DNA of 59,976 nucleotides, counting the filler, from Basidioascus undulatus (taxonomy: Eukaryota): assembly GCA_000826855.1 (NCBI GenBank). It is 3 parts of 3 records of this genome, joined end to end, with 100 filler letters (N's around TTAATTAATTAA, not from the genome) between each part and the next. Parts side by side here need not be neighbours in the genome. Positions count along the whole stretch, not along the records: positions 20,033 to 39,954 come from JTLS01000391.1; 2 more parts are not named here. The stretch is one strand, 5' to 3'. Below, in pieces: positions 23,657 to 34,511 of the stretch (the stretch's first letter is position 1; every line of letters starts with the position of its first letter). The position numbers and the translations under genes were made by a program. Below the pieces are notes generated by a model that ran no database searches, was not told the origin of the DNA, and saw nothing but the letters and a program-made list of their open reading frames with translations.

Positions 23657-25645
23657 TCAGTCGCGTCCCTGATCATGGTCCTCCAGGCGAACCAAATGCT
23701 GCCGACTCGCCATCGACTCCCCTTCGCTTTCCAGCACCTCCCTGCCCTCCTCCCCGCCCGACCCACCATACTCGAAGACCTTCCCTTCCCCATGGACCGG
23801 GTGGGGCGAAATGTCGTGCAGCTCGATGGTAGTGCGGTCGTTGATGCGGATGTTGGGCGTCTTGGGCGACGTGATTGTGTTGATGTCGCGGTCGCTGTCG
23901 ATCATTGTGATTCTGGCACTGTTGGGTAGTCATGTAGATCCGCTTCGTATTGAGGTTGACTTTGCGGATAAAGCTGTGTCGGGTGAGGAGGAAGAGGACG
24001 ACGTTGCCAGTCCAGTCGATCAAGCCGATTAATTTTTGAGTATCCATCAGATCAGACAGTCCATGGATATCCTGTGAGGCAGAACCGTGCCCGCGAAGCA
24101 GAAGTACCTTCTCGGTTCCAACAAGTATGGCCGTGTTAGTTCGCCGTTGACAGAGAACACATCGACTTCACTCACCAGAACAGATGAGTCCAGTCGCTCA
24201 TGCGGCTCAGTCTGGCTGTGCTGACCGGGAGGAGGTTGAAGAAGAACGCGAATGGGTACCTGGAGAGCAGCCACGCCATGAGCTCACACAGCATCCTATG
24301 AGAGGTGCTAGACGTGCAGCATGAGTTTCCTCGACACGGCTCGGACGCGTGCGCATCGTCGCTGAGGTTCGTACCGCGCTGACTGCTCGATGGCCCCTAG
24401 TTTTAGCCGCTGCCGAGCACGCCCGAGTGCACGCCGCTGGTTGCCCAGGGCATGAGACAGGCCAGCGAGGCCTTGTCGATGCTGATGTGGGTGCCCTCGG
24501 CAACGAGCCAGCCGGAGAAACGTAGGTCTGGCAAGGGGCAGTTTCGCCGTCGGTCATCGGCTGCACGTCTGTGAAAAGTACGCTCACAGATCAAGCCATA
24601 CAGGATGACGGAGAGTACGAGGTCCAGCAGGACCCACACCTGACGATAGAGACCTCGCAGTACCTTCTGGATCTGCGAGGACGGGACCTGGCAGTTGCAT
24701 ACATAGAGGTAGAGGAGGCGAGCTACATCGTAAAGCTCGCTGAGCCTGTGGAGCATTGTCAGTAAACACCAGCACTTTCTGCGAGCGTTGGACAGACGTA
24801 CCAACACTAAATACCGCTGACGGAGTAGAAAGATCCTTGTGCTCTTTGGATGGCAGTCGGACCGGTGATTGGAAGGACGATGATCGCAATCCAGCCACAG
24901 GAAAGAAGAGTGGGTCCAAGCCAACTGGGCGGCCGACGGGTGAAGAAGAGAACCGCTGAACCGTTCGCTGTCAGCTTGGGCTGGCAAAGGGAGGTGTCGA
25001 TGTGAGCACAGAAGGTATGGCAGGTATGCAGAGATTCCAGATTACGCTCGCGAGGTCGCCCAGCTGGGACATGCCGCCTGCGAATCGACAGTAGGGTCGA
25101 TGAGATGCTCACTCCATCGTGCGCGGAAGGGCATGTGCGTACCCTGTGCGTTGCAAAGGGGACCATTCTCGATACGGCCCAGTGAAGCCCATCTGAAATC
25201 CAACCAATTCAGACGGCGGGAACAGGGTATATAGTCACCAAGGCTCACTGGATGTTCATGGCGAATGCAACTCCTTGAACGAAATCGCACAGCAGAACCG
25301 AGGCCAGGTAGCCTCCTAGACTTGATCGCAGAAACACTCGGAGGCCGTTCGTGACATCTGTACGGTGAGAAGGCGGGGCAAGGACACCTGGCCACTACCG
25401 CACATCACTATGATGAGTTCGAGGAGGCTTCGACAGGTTAGAATGCGAACTCACCAAGATGTAGACGAGGAGACCGAAAGTCGATAACGCTGAGAGTAGC
25501 TCCGCCGCTGCGATTACCTTGAGATACCCACACCTTTCAGCTCCGCTCGGCTCTGTAAATTGTTCATGGGACCTACCGCCAGTCCCGCCTTCTCTCCCGG
25601 AGCCGAAAACTCCGCCGAGTCAACGTAGATCGCTCCTGCTGCCAT
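23657..25645 (-). pseudogene. G-protein-coupled receptor pseudogene, fungal Git3/Gpr1-like 7TM family
   Basis: Spliced reading gives GLAVIAAAELLSALSTFGLLVYIL, FLRSSLGGYLASVLLCDFVQGVAFAMNIQW, PLCNAQGGMSQLGDLASVIWNLCI(fs)CHTF, SFYSVSGI*CW, LSVILYGLIYLRF, SRKLMLYPFAFFFNLLPVSTAR and GNVVLFLLTR. Stops at 24807-9, 24403-5 and 24397-9, plus frameshifts. Confidence 0.85.
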
Positions 25646-27886
25646 CACCGCTGCGCTGAACGGGGATGCTGGGGGGAGGCTGCGGCGGAAGGAAGGGAAA
25701 TCCCGTATGCCGAGTCTGGTCGCCCGCGATCAGGAATGGAGAGTAGGAGGAAGTAGTGAGCGTGTTGATTGTGAGACCCGACTTGCTGAACGTGAGGGTT
25801 CTGCTGGAGCGGGTGTAGGAGAGGTTCAGGCTACTCGCAGACGAGCACTTTCAGGCAGTTACATGATCACACTGCATGTCGGGGAAAGGGCACGAAACCA
25901 AGAAGCTACCTCCGGGGCGCCGGCCCTGTCCCGCTATTCCTCGGAGTGGTGCATCCACGTTGTCGGGGCATCGAGAGCAAACGACTGGCGGTCAGGCAGG
26001 GCTGCAGTTACTACCACCCGGTGAGCCCTGGGAATAATATGCAAAACGCACTTTTAGACAGGTTGGTCGGCTCTCGCACCCTCGCAGAATGCTGTTGAGG
26101 GCTGTGCGCGCCCTTCAGCACCAGAGTGCGTATCGTCGAGCCGGCGGCGGTGGGCGTCGAGCTCATGTGAATACCCTGCGCATAAAGCCTCCCTCGACCG
26201 TGCTGCATGCAGTGGTACGATGAAAGGGCTTGAAAGGGCTGGGCGAGCGGTGCATCATTTCGACTGTCACAAAGTACGCCGCATTCGGGTGCAACAGCTC
26301 ACAAACTTAAACACGCGATCTCTCCGGCCGCAGCTTTCGGTCGAGCAAGCAAACACCCGCTCTCGGAGAGTTGGTCCTACAGACCCAATAGCCGACTCAG
26401 CGGAGGATTTTCGCTAATTGAGTCCCAAGCTGTCGGGCTTCTTCGCAGCGGGAGGCTAACTTAGTTGAGCAGGCTGGAAGCTAAGAACCTCCGCACGACT
26501 GCGGCACCTCTGTAAGCGCTCCGGAGAAGAAGGTCAGCATCGTTGTAGCTGTGAAAAGGCTCAAGCCTAGCTATAAAAGCCAACAGGCACCTCAGAAGGC
26601 CTGACGCCTTGCTCTCTTCCCGGGATGCGCAATCATGAACCCTCGCGGCGCCGCACGTTTCGCCCTCTTGCGTTCTCATGCTCTCGAAAACGACTAAGAC
26701 GGAGCGGAATAACCCACCTCAAGCTTTCAACCAGTATTATAGAACAGTATTGATATCGGAATAGTTTAGGCAATCGCGGCTGGTGTGTCTGTAGAAATGC
26801 CCTAAAATGCACCGTCGGAAGTTGGGTGGGTCAACTGCATATTCCATACATCAGTGAGCTCGCGTAGGGCTGTGCGCCATAGTTTATTGGGACCTGGTAA
26901 AACTTCAGCAGAGAGAAAGAATGGGTGGGAAGGGTGTTATCTGCGGACTGGCGTAAGTGCACCTCGCTTTCACCCGAGTCTTGTGATTCGCGACAGTGCG
27001 GCTGAACAAGAGCGATATTCGGAGACTCCTTTGTTGTCCTGCTGGCATTCCTATCAGAAAACTGATTCTGAGTCTGACATGCAAACTGCGTTCCTCCCAA
27101 GGTCCATCCTGTTCAGCTGTTCTCCTCTTCCCCCAAGGTGTACACGTCTCCTGAAACCTTCGCTGCCTTTGCCGATATAGCCCCACTTCAGCACTCTAAA
27201 TCTCCTATCAGTTGTGGAATTAAGCTTGTGAGACCCGCACGGAACCTTCCGGTGGCACACCGCCACGGCCGGTTACGACACTTTCTGTTTCTCACCAGAA
27301 ACTACATTGAGCGTTGCTAAATGCCAAAGGAGGGAGACCAACAATTCCATGAATATTCAAATGAATTATTCAGAATCTACAGTACAACTCGAGCAATGGA
27401 CAACACCTAGTCTGGGTCCGGATGCATGTCTGGGCAGCACTGCCTCACTGGACTCTAATGTACCAAGCCCCGCAGATGATATTCGATGCTTTTGAGGGAG
27501 GGGTCAAATAGCTCGAACACCGCAACTGCAGATGGGTTTCCACGACCAGACCAGTGAGTCATGCAGGCAGTACGCAGTAGCGTTGTGTCCGCACCCGACA
27601 GTCGCGACCGAAAACAACCACTCAGCTCGCAGCGCAGAATTGGGTTGTGTGTCTTCGTGTTCAAGATGCATGTGAACCACTATAAACATAAACAGAACAT
27701 ATAAGAGGTCAACAGCCCTTTCTCAGCTTTGGTTCGGGTGTGTCAGTCAAGTGTCAACGGGCGCAAATCTAAGCGGGCGCTGCCGGCAAGGAGCTCCCAA
27801 TTGAAACCCAAAAAGAAGGCAGAAGGGGCAATCCAGCATTTACCGAGTACGTTCACAAGATCTTTGGGCATGTGTGTTTAAGCAGT

Positions 27887-29583
27887 CACTGCGCGTTAGG
27901 CCAGGTTTTGCGGTCCAGGAAAAGCGGGCGGAAAGGCGCCTTTCAGGTGGGCCCGTGAAAGATTCACTGAATTTGCCTTTTCTGTGAAGGGCAAGGTGTC
28001 GAAAAGTGGACTTCCCTGCGAGCGCCGTAAAGGTCGCTGGAATTCACCTTTCACGGGCCTTTCCTGCCGTCGCAAAGACGACTTTCGGCCTGGCGGCAGA
28101 AAAAGACTCAGCAAAGGTCCCTTTGCTGGACTAGGGCTGTCCCGTAAAGACCACTTTCATGCCCGGCGTAGGTAACTCAGCTAGCCGACACTTGGGCGCG
28201 GCGGTGCCAGCGTTCTCCCCGTTCTCTCGCCGCGCACATCTCATGCACCTGGACACCCTCTGTGCAGCCCTGGACCCACTTACGATCCTTTGTTACGACT
28301 AGCACGCCGACTGATCTCAGCACCATCAGCACCGTCGCCGTGCACATCTCCCCTTCCTGACCAGTTCCGTTCCTCTCACTGGTGACCTTGCCCACTGTCA
28401 GAGCCTTGGGTGGCGCCGAGGGGAAGAAGGGGGGTTCCACCGCTGAATGCTGGCGAAGGTGAGCCCTCATGCTGTATGGTGCTTAATTTAGGGGCCGAGT
28501 TGATTGGGGATTGGCTAGGCTTCGACTGACCAGCCTCATTCTCCCGCCCGCTCGGTGCGCTCTCACGGTCCACAACTGCCCCTTTCCCGAATTCTCCTAG
28601 CTGATGCTTAGACTCTCTTTTATGCTATGGCCTCTGTTCCTGGTTCAATGGTATGTTCTCCTATTATGTCCTCCAGCTGGCCACACTCGCCTTCCCCTAC
28701 TGAGCAGTAGCTGGCAGACTGTGTCTCCCCCGCATGGCAGCGAACTTTGTGAACGCTCTTCCATTCCCACCCGACCCTCGAGTTGTACTTAAAGAATTCT
28801 GGCTATTCAAGACGTGATCCTCAAGTTCATGTCGACTGTGTGCGTTCATCCAGACGATCCGTCCTACATGTTCATTTCGTGACTGGCAACCCTTCCCCAC
28901 AGACCTTTGCATTCTCACCTTCGCATTTTCGATATCGTTGAGCGCTTTTTAATCTCTTCCCTGCGACTGTGCATTGAGGTGCGGCATGAGCTTCTCAGGC
29001 AGCGTCGCCAGCAGCTACCGCTTGCTGACATGATGTCGCTGGTGAAGGAGAGGTGGGGATGTCCCTCGAAGGAGCAAGCTGTGTGGTAGTGTTATCCGTG
29101 TCTGGCTTTTGTTATGGTGTCGGGAAGGAGGGGAAAGCTGCGGGGGACAGCGGGCGTGTGCGCGGCGACACAGCCGTGGTGGTGGACACTGCGCTTCTGT
29201 ACTGCACTCTACTTGACATTTCGCTCGCGCTCCATTCGTGTTCAGCCTGTTTTATCACTCTGTATATCTCTTCTCGAAGAACCCGAAAAATTTGGAAGGA
29301 AGTGAAGAAAGCAGCGCCCAGCCAGCCCCAGCGGCGCGGGCCTGATGACAAAGCACTTTTCCTGCACCTTTCTTGAGCCTTTGCGGCGGGCAAGTCGGCC
29401 TTTCGCCCGCCCAGTAAAGGTCACTGAAAGTCGGCTTTCCTAACCTTTACTGTCAGTAAAGAGCCTCTTTCCTGGACCTTTCCAGGATCCAATAAATGTA
29501 CCGGGAAATGCGCGGGAAAGGCCCGGGAAAGGCGCCTTCCCTTCGCCCTTGCTGCCCCTGAAAGGTGGCCGAGACGCGCAGTG
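27887..29583. mobile_element. Non-autonomous CACTA/EnSpm (CMC)-like DNA transposon, 1697 bp
   Basis: Left end CACTGCGCGTT-AGGCC and right end GGCCGAGACGCGCAGTG (reverse complement CACTGCGCGTCTCGGCC). Each end has about 250 bp of direct and inverted AAAGG/CCTTT subterminal repeats. Flanks AGT/AGG form an imperfect 3-bp TSD. No intact transposase. Confidence 0.75.
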
Positions 29584-29701
29584 AGGTGCTTTCGTTCCAT
29601 GGTCGCAAGGGCTGTCTGCGCACTGCCGGGAGTGAGTGTAGAACGCATGGTGTCTCCACCCAACAGATCTTGACATGTTGAAATAAGACTGACTTCTCAG
29701 T

Positions 29702-29941
29702 CTAGGACAGCAGGGGCAGTCGGTTGCAGCTTGAGCGGTGAAGCTTTGTGCAGCTCTTTGGCAAGGCAGACTGCCGCTCGGTCCGAGGACCACGGTCCGA
29801 GACCTCGCGCACTGAGTCTGCGCGTTCGTGGTCCCGCGGCGGCTCGCTCTCACCTTCATCATCTGCACAACCTGCGTCGCGTCCCTCGCCTTTACGTGCG
29901 TCGAATTCCCTCAGAACATCACTAGGCGGCGGTTCAGGCAT
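29702..29941 (-). CDS. Possible small hypothetical protein divergent from SUB2
   Basis: ATG-started charged ORF MPEPPPSDVLREFDARKGEGRD... with no recognisable domain. Confidence 0.2.
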   Translation of the reverse strand: MPEPPPSDVLREFDARKGEGRDAGCADDEGESEPPRDHERADSVREVSDRGPRTERQSALPKSCTKLHRSSCNRLPLLS

Positions 29942-30032
29942 TGTTCTCAATGCTGAAGCGACTCATGGGCCTTCAGCGCGTCCCCTAGCACCTTTTCTTT
30001 CGATCAACCTACACCGCCTCGACCCCGTCAAC

Positions 30033-32658
30033 ATGTGCGCCTCGAGCTTTCATTTACTCCGTGTTACACACGGGAGCTGACATTTTGAGTATAAACGTCG
30101 TACAGGGCCGACAACGAGGGTCCGTTGATAACCGCACCTTCTGGCATACTTGCGACGCGCTGACGGACTTGACGCCCCTCCCCCTCCCTTCACTCCCTCC
30201 CTCACTTCCCCCGAACCCGTCGAGCGCCTCCGTCTCGCCGTCGATTTGCTCCGTCCCGCGTGCTGCAGACCTCATTGACTACGAGGCACGTTATGCTTCT
30301 CGTCGTGACATCTGTAGCCTGCTGACGCAAGCGCAATCTTGCAGGAGGACGAGGTCGCCGTCCCCACCACCGCCGCCGCCCCCGCAGCTGAGGCCAACGG
30401 TGCGGCTCCGGAGGCGGAGGCTAAGGACAAGAAGGGCTCCTACGTTGGTATCCACTCGACCGGTTTCAGGTGAGCAGCCGCTCTTTCTTCGGTTGAAGCA
30501 GGACGGCTCTGCGTCGCACAAGCTGCTGATTGCACGCCACACCGATCAGGGACTTCCTGCTGAAGCCCGAACTGCTTCGCGCAATCTCTGACCTTGGTTT
30601 CGAGCACCCGTCCGAAGGTGTGTTCGCGCGCCATCTACTGCTTCAGACGCGACTCTAATCATTGCGTAAACAGTCCAACAAGAGTGCATCCCTCAGTCGA
30701 TCCTCGGCATGGACGTGCTCTGTCAGGCCAAGTCCGGTATGGGCAAGACGGCCGTCTTCGTCCTCGCGACGCTGCAGCAGGTCGAGCCGGTCGCGGGCGA
30801 GGTGTCCGTGCTCGTTCTTTGCCACACGCGCGAGCTGGCGTTCCAGATTAAGAACGAGTACGCGCGCTTCTCCAAGTACACGCCTGACATCCGCACCGCC
30901 GTCTTCTACGGCGGCGTGCCCGTCGCGGCCGACCAGGAGATCCTCCGCAACAAGGACAAGTGCCCGCACATCGTCGTCGGCACGCCCGGTCGCATCAACG
31001 CTCTCCTCCGCGACAAGTCCCTCAAGGGCGGCGCCATCAAGCACTTCGTCCTCGACGAGTGCGACAAGATGCTCGAGCAACTCGGTTAGTCACACGCTTC
31101 TCTCACGACCGCAACATGTTCCATCTCGACGTCGACGGCGAGCGCGATGGCCGACGTGCTGCGACGATTCCGTTACGGCGAGTCCGGCTTGCACGTCTCT
31201 CGAAGCCCTCATGCTCGTCCGGCGGACCCGCACGCCCTTCAACGTCCGAGATACGACGTCGCCGCCGCCTCCGGCTACGGCAGTCGCTGTCACGGCGGCG
31301 AGCTCGTCAGTCTTCGGCAACGACATTCGGCGCGATCACAGCTGTCCATCAGCTAGCGGTCGGAGCCAGCGCGGCAGCTTTCGACGATTATATTTGCTTC
31401 TCTCTCTTGCGATCCTCTAGCTTCCCATCGGCCCGACTTCCTGTTCCATTGCCTCTCTGCCTCTCTTTGTCCTGCTCGACGGCTCGACATCCAACTCGCT
31501 CGCCTTTTCGTTCTCCGACCAGCCCGTTCACCTACGTTCCTTCTTCCCCTCGGCTCCGCCCAAACCAGACATGCGCCGCGACGTCCAGGAGATCTTCCGC
31601 CAGACCCCGCACCACAAGCAAGTCATGATGTTCTCGGCCACGCTCTCGAAGGAGATCCGCCCGACCTGCAAGAAGTTCATGCAGAACGTGCGTGCCTGGA
31701 CATTTCTTCTGCCCTTTTCGGAATCGCGGCTAACATTTCGCGCGACTCTGACGCAGCCGCTGGAGATCTACGTCGACGACGAGACCAAGCTCACGCTGCA
31801 CGGCTTGCAGCAGCACTACGTCAAGCTCGGCGAGGCGCAGAAGAACCGCAAGCTCAACGACCTGCTTGACTCGCTTGAGTTCAACCAGGTCCGTATCGTC
31901 GCTCGATCGGAATCCATGTGGCTGTGCTGACAGGGACACTTCGGCTTGCTGTAGGTCTGCATCTTCGTCAAGAGCGTCACCCGCGCGGTCGAGCTCGACA
32001 AGCTCCTCCGTGACTGCAACTTCCCGTCCATCTGCATTCACTCGCGCTTGGACCAGAACGAGCGGTACGCCGACTCGAACCGTGGTTGAACCCGCTCGAG
32101 ACTGTCGCTGACGTCCGCTGCCTCGATCAGTATTTCTCGGTACCAGCAGTTCAAGCAGTTTGAGAAGCGTATCCTGGTATGCTTGCTTATCACGTCGCCC
32201 TCCGACATGGATTCTGATGAGGAGTGGGCAGGTCGCGACCGACATCTTCGGCCGTGGTATCGACGTCGAGCGTGTCAACATCGTCGTCAACTACGACACG
32301 CCCGGTGACGCGGACTCGTACCTCCACCGTGTCGGGCAAGTCAATTTCACTGCGCCTACTTTTCCCCACCCGTGAATAACATTCTCCTTTTGCAGCCGTG
32401 CTGGTCGTTTCGGTACCAAGGGTCTGGCGATCACGTTCGTTGCGAACGACCAAGACGAGGAGGTCCTGAAGGCGATCCAGGCTCGGTTCGAGGTTGCGAT
32501 CCCCGAGCTGCCCGACACCCTCGACGCGGCTACGTACAGTGCGTCCTTGTATACCTTCGCGTCTAATTCGTTTCATGCGTGCTGACAACCGATCCTTGCG
32601 CGTCCCCCCCTCCCCTCCTTTTTTTTTAATCAACGTCTCAAACAAAGTGACGTCCTGA
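30033..32658 (+). CDS. SUB2: ATP-dependent RNA helicase SUB2/UAP56 (DECD box)
   Basis: MADNEDLIDYEEDE...[51 protein letters not shown] and [15 protein letters not shown], ending YMTS*. The start codon is split AT|G by the first intron. Confidence 0.97.
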
Positions 32659-34511
32659 GGGGTTTTTTGTGGCATTGCTTCTCGTCCTCTGCCGTTGTAA
32701 GGTCGGATTTCGGCCATCTGTCCCATCGTCGCTGCTTGTAAAATAAACCCAAAACGCACCTTATTGCTTGCCCGCATGTCCTGGTGATTGAACGCAACTG
32801 GGAATACGTGCGCTTGAACACGCATACTGCACGTCTAAGGTTGTCTTGTCGCGCTTCCTAGCCGTTGACAATTGGTTTCTTTCAACTCCGGTCATCGTCG
32901 ATGCAAGAACCCTGCTGAAACGCACCTCCTCGATCAAGACGGGACATTCCGGTGGGATTGCAAGATTTTCGCTAACTGAGTTCGCACTGCATTCGTAGAA
33001 CTACAAGCTGTCACGGCCAAGCTGCATGACTTGACTGGACATGTTCCCACTGGAGCAGCATACAAACTGAGACGATAGCAGCGGCTCACAAGTAACTTTC
33101 AGCCTAGCCATGCAGTTTCGCCGGCGCCATCGACTTCTAGACGTCGAACTCGCGATCAAATCCTATTGTCCCAGAGCAAAATTTAGTGTACTATGCAGCC
33201 TGCGCTGAGCAGGGTTCACCGCAGTCGCGTGGTCATCCACATGCCATGGGTCGTATGCATCGACTCAAACTGCATCCATACATCCATGCGCTCGCGAACC
33301 CCCGTCTCCCCAATTTTGCTCAGCATCAAAAACGCCCTACTTCCGTACCAGCATGCCAATATAATTCTATCATTCACTCGGTGAGTTGGGCGGCTGACTC
33401 GGGACATGACTTTCAGGACGGTACAACCATCCAAGTAGTCAGTCATTCACGGTCTTGCGTGCAGGAGCGTCGACTTATCCAAACAGCCTTTCCCTCATGC
33501 GTAGTTATTTTTTGCATCAAACGACAATGAGGCTCTGGCGCGTGCGGCGCAGTCGAGCTGGTTCGATCTGCGTCGACCGTCTTCTCATCAGTCGCGTAAT
33601 CATGATACGGTCATTGAGCTGGTCCCTAGTCTGCGATCAGGGACAGCTTCCACAAGACTTTCATACAGCATTTCTTCGAAAAAAGGGGCTCGTGGATTGG
33701 CCTGGACTGCACACGAGAGCGAATGCTCCCTTGTAAGAAGGGGCTGCAGGGGTCTGCAGTTGCTGTCACTCGACCTTCAACGACCTTGCTCGACCATCCT
33801 GCGGCGGAAACACCCTTGCCTCATCAATACCGCATGATACACCGCTTCACAGGATTGAGGGTCTGCTTTAGCATTCTCAACAGTCCCCACTGCAGCCTTG
33901 CTGCCGCGGCGAAAGAGATAGAAGACGTGTGCTGCTCCGGATCGAACTCCGTGTGGAAGCGCTGCCACTTCCATCTGTGTGTCAAGACGTGGTTGTGCAG
34001 CGTGCCCCGTGGGATTCAGCCGGCGGTATACATAAATTTCCTCTCCGCACACCGAAGAGGAACAGGCCGGCCGATTTCGGCAGCGAGGAGATGTGCTATT
34101 TGTGTAACACTGTTTCCGGAGAAGGCAAATGCCCCGTTCTTTCTGGTACCGTTACAGGTGGGGCTCCCTAAATAATTGTGGAGACTCCTCACACATGTTC
34201 ATCCAAACAAGGCGGCCGAAACGGGAGCCATCGGGCACATGGGGCCGACTCACGCTTGGTCCCACACGACCAGTCCGGCGCTTGATAATTCGACCCAAAC
34301 AGGGCTGCGCTGCAAGCAGCCATCTCAAGCCCTCTTCAACGCCCCCTCTCGGATCGCGAAAGCCCCAGTTATCCTCTAATCACCCATCATCTTGCTGGTC
34401 GTCCCAGCCCCGGCGACCTCGTCCTCTTCCTCCCGCCCCGCATTCCGTATACCCAACTGTGGCTGTCAACTCTCGCTTAGATACCCAGATAGCAACGGAC
34501 GAACTCGTCCA

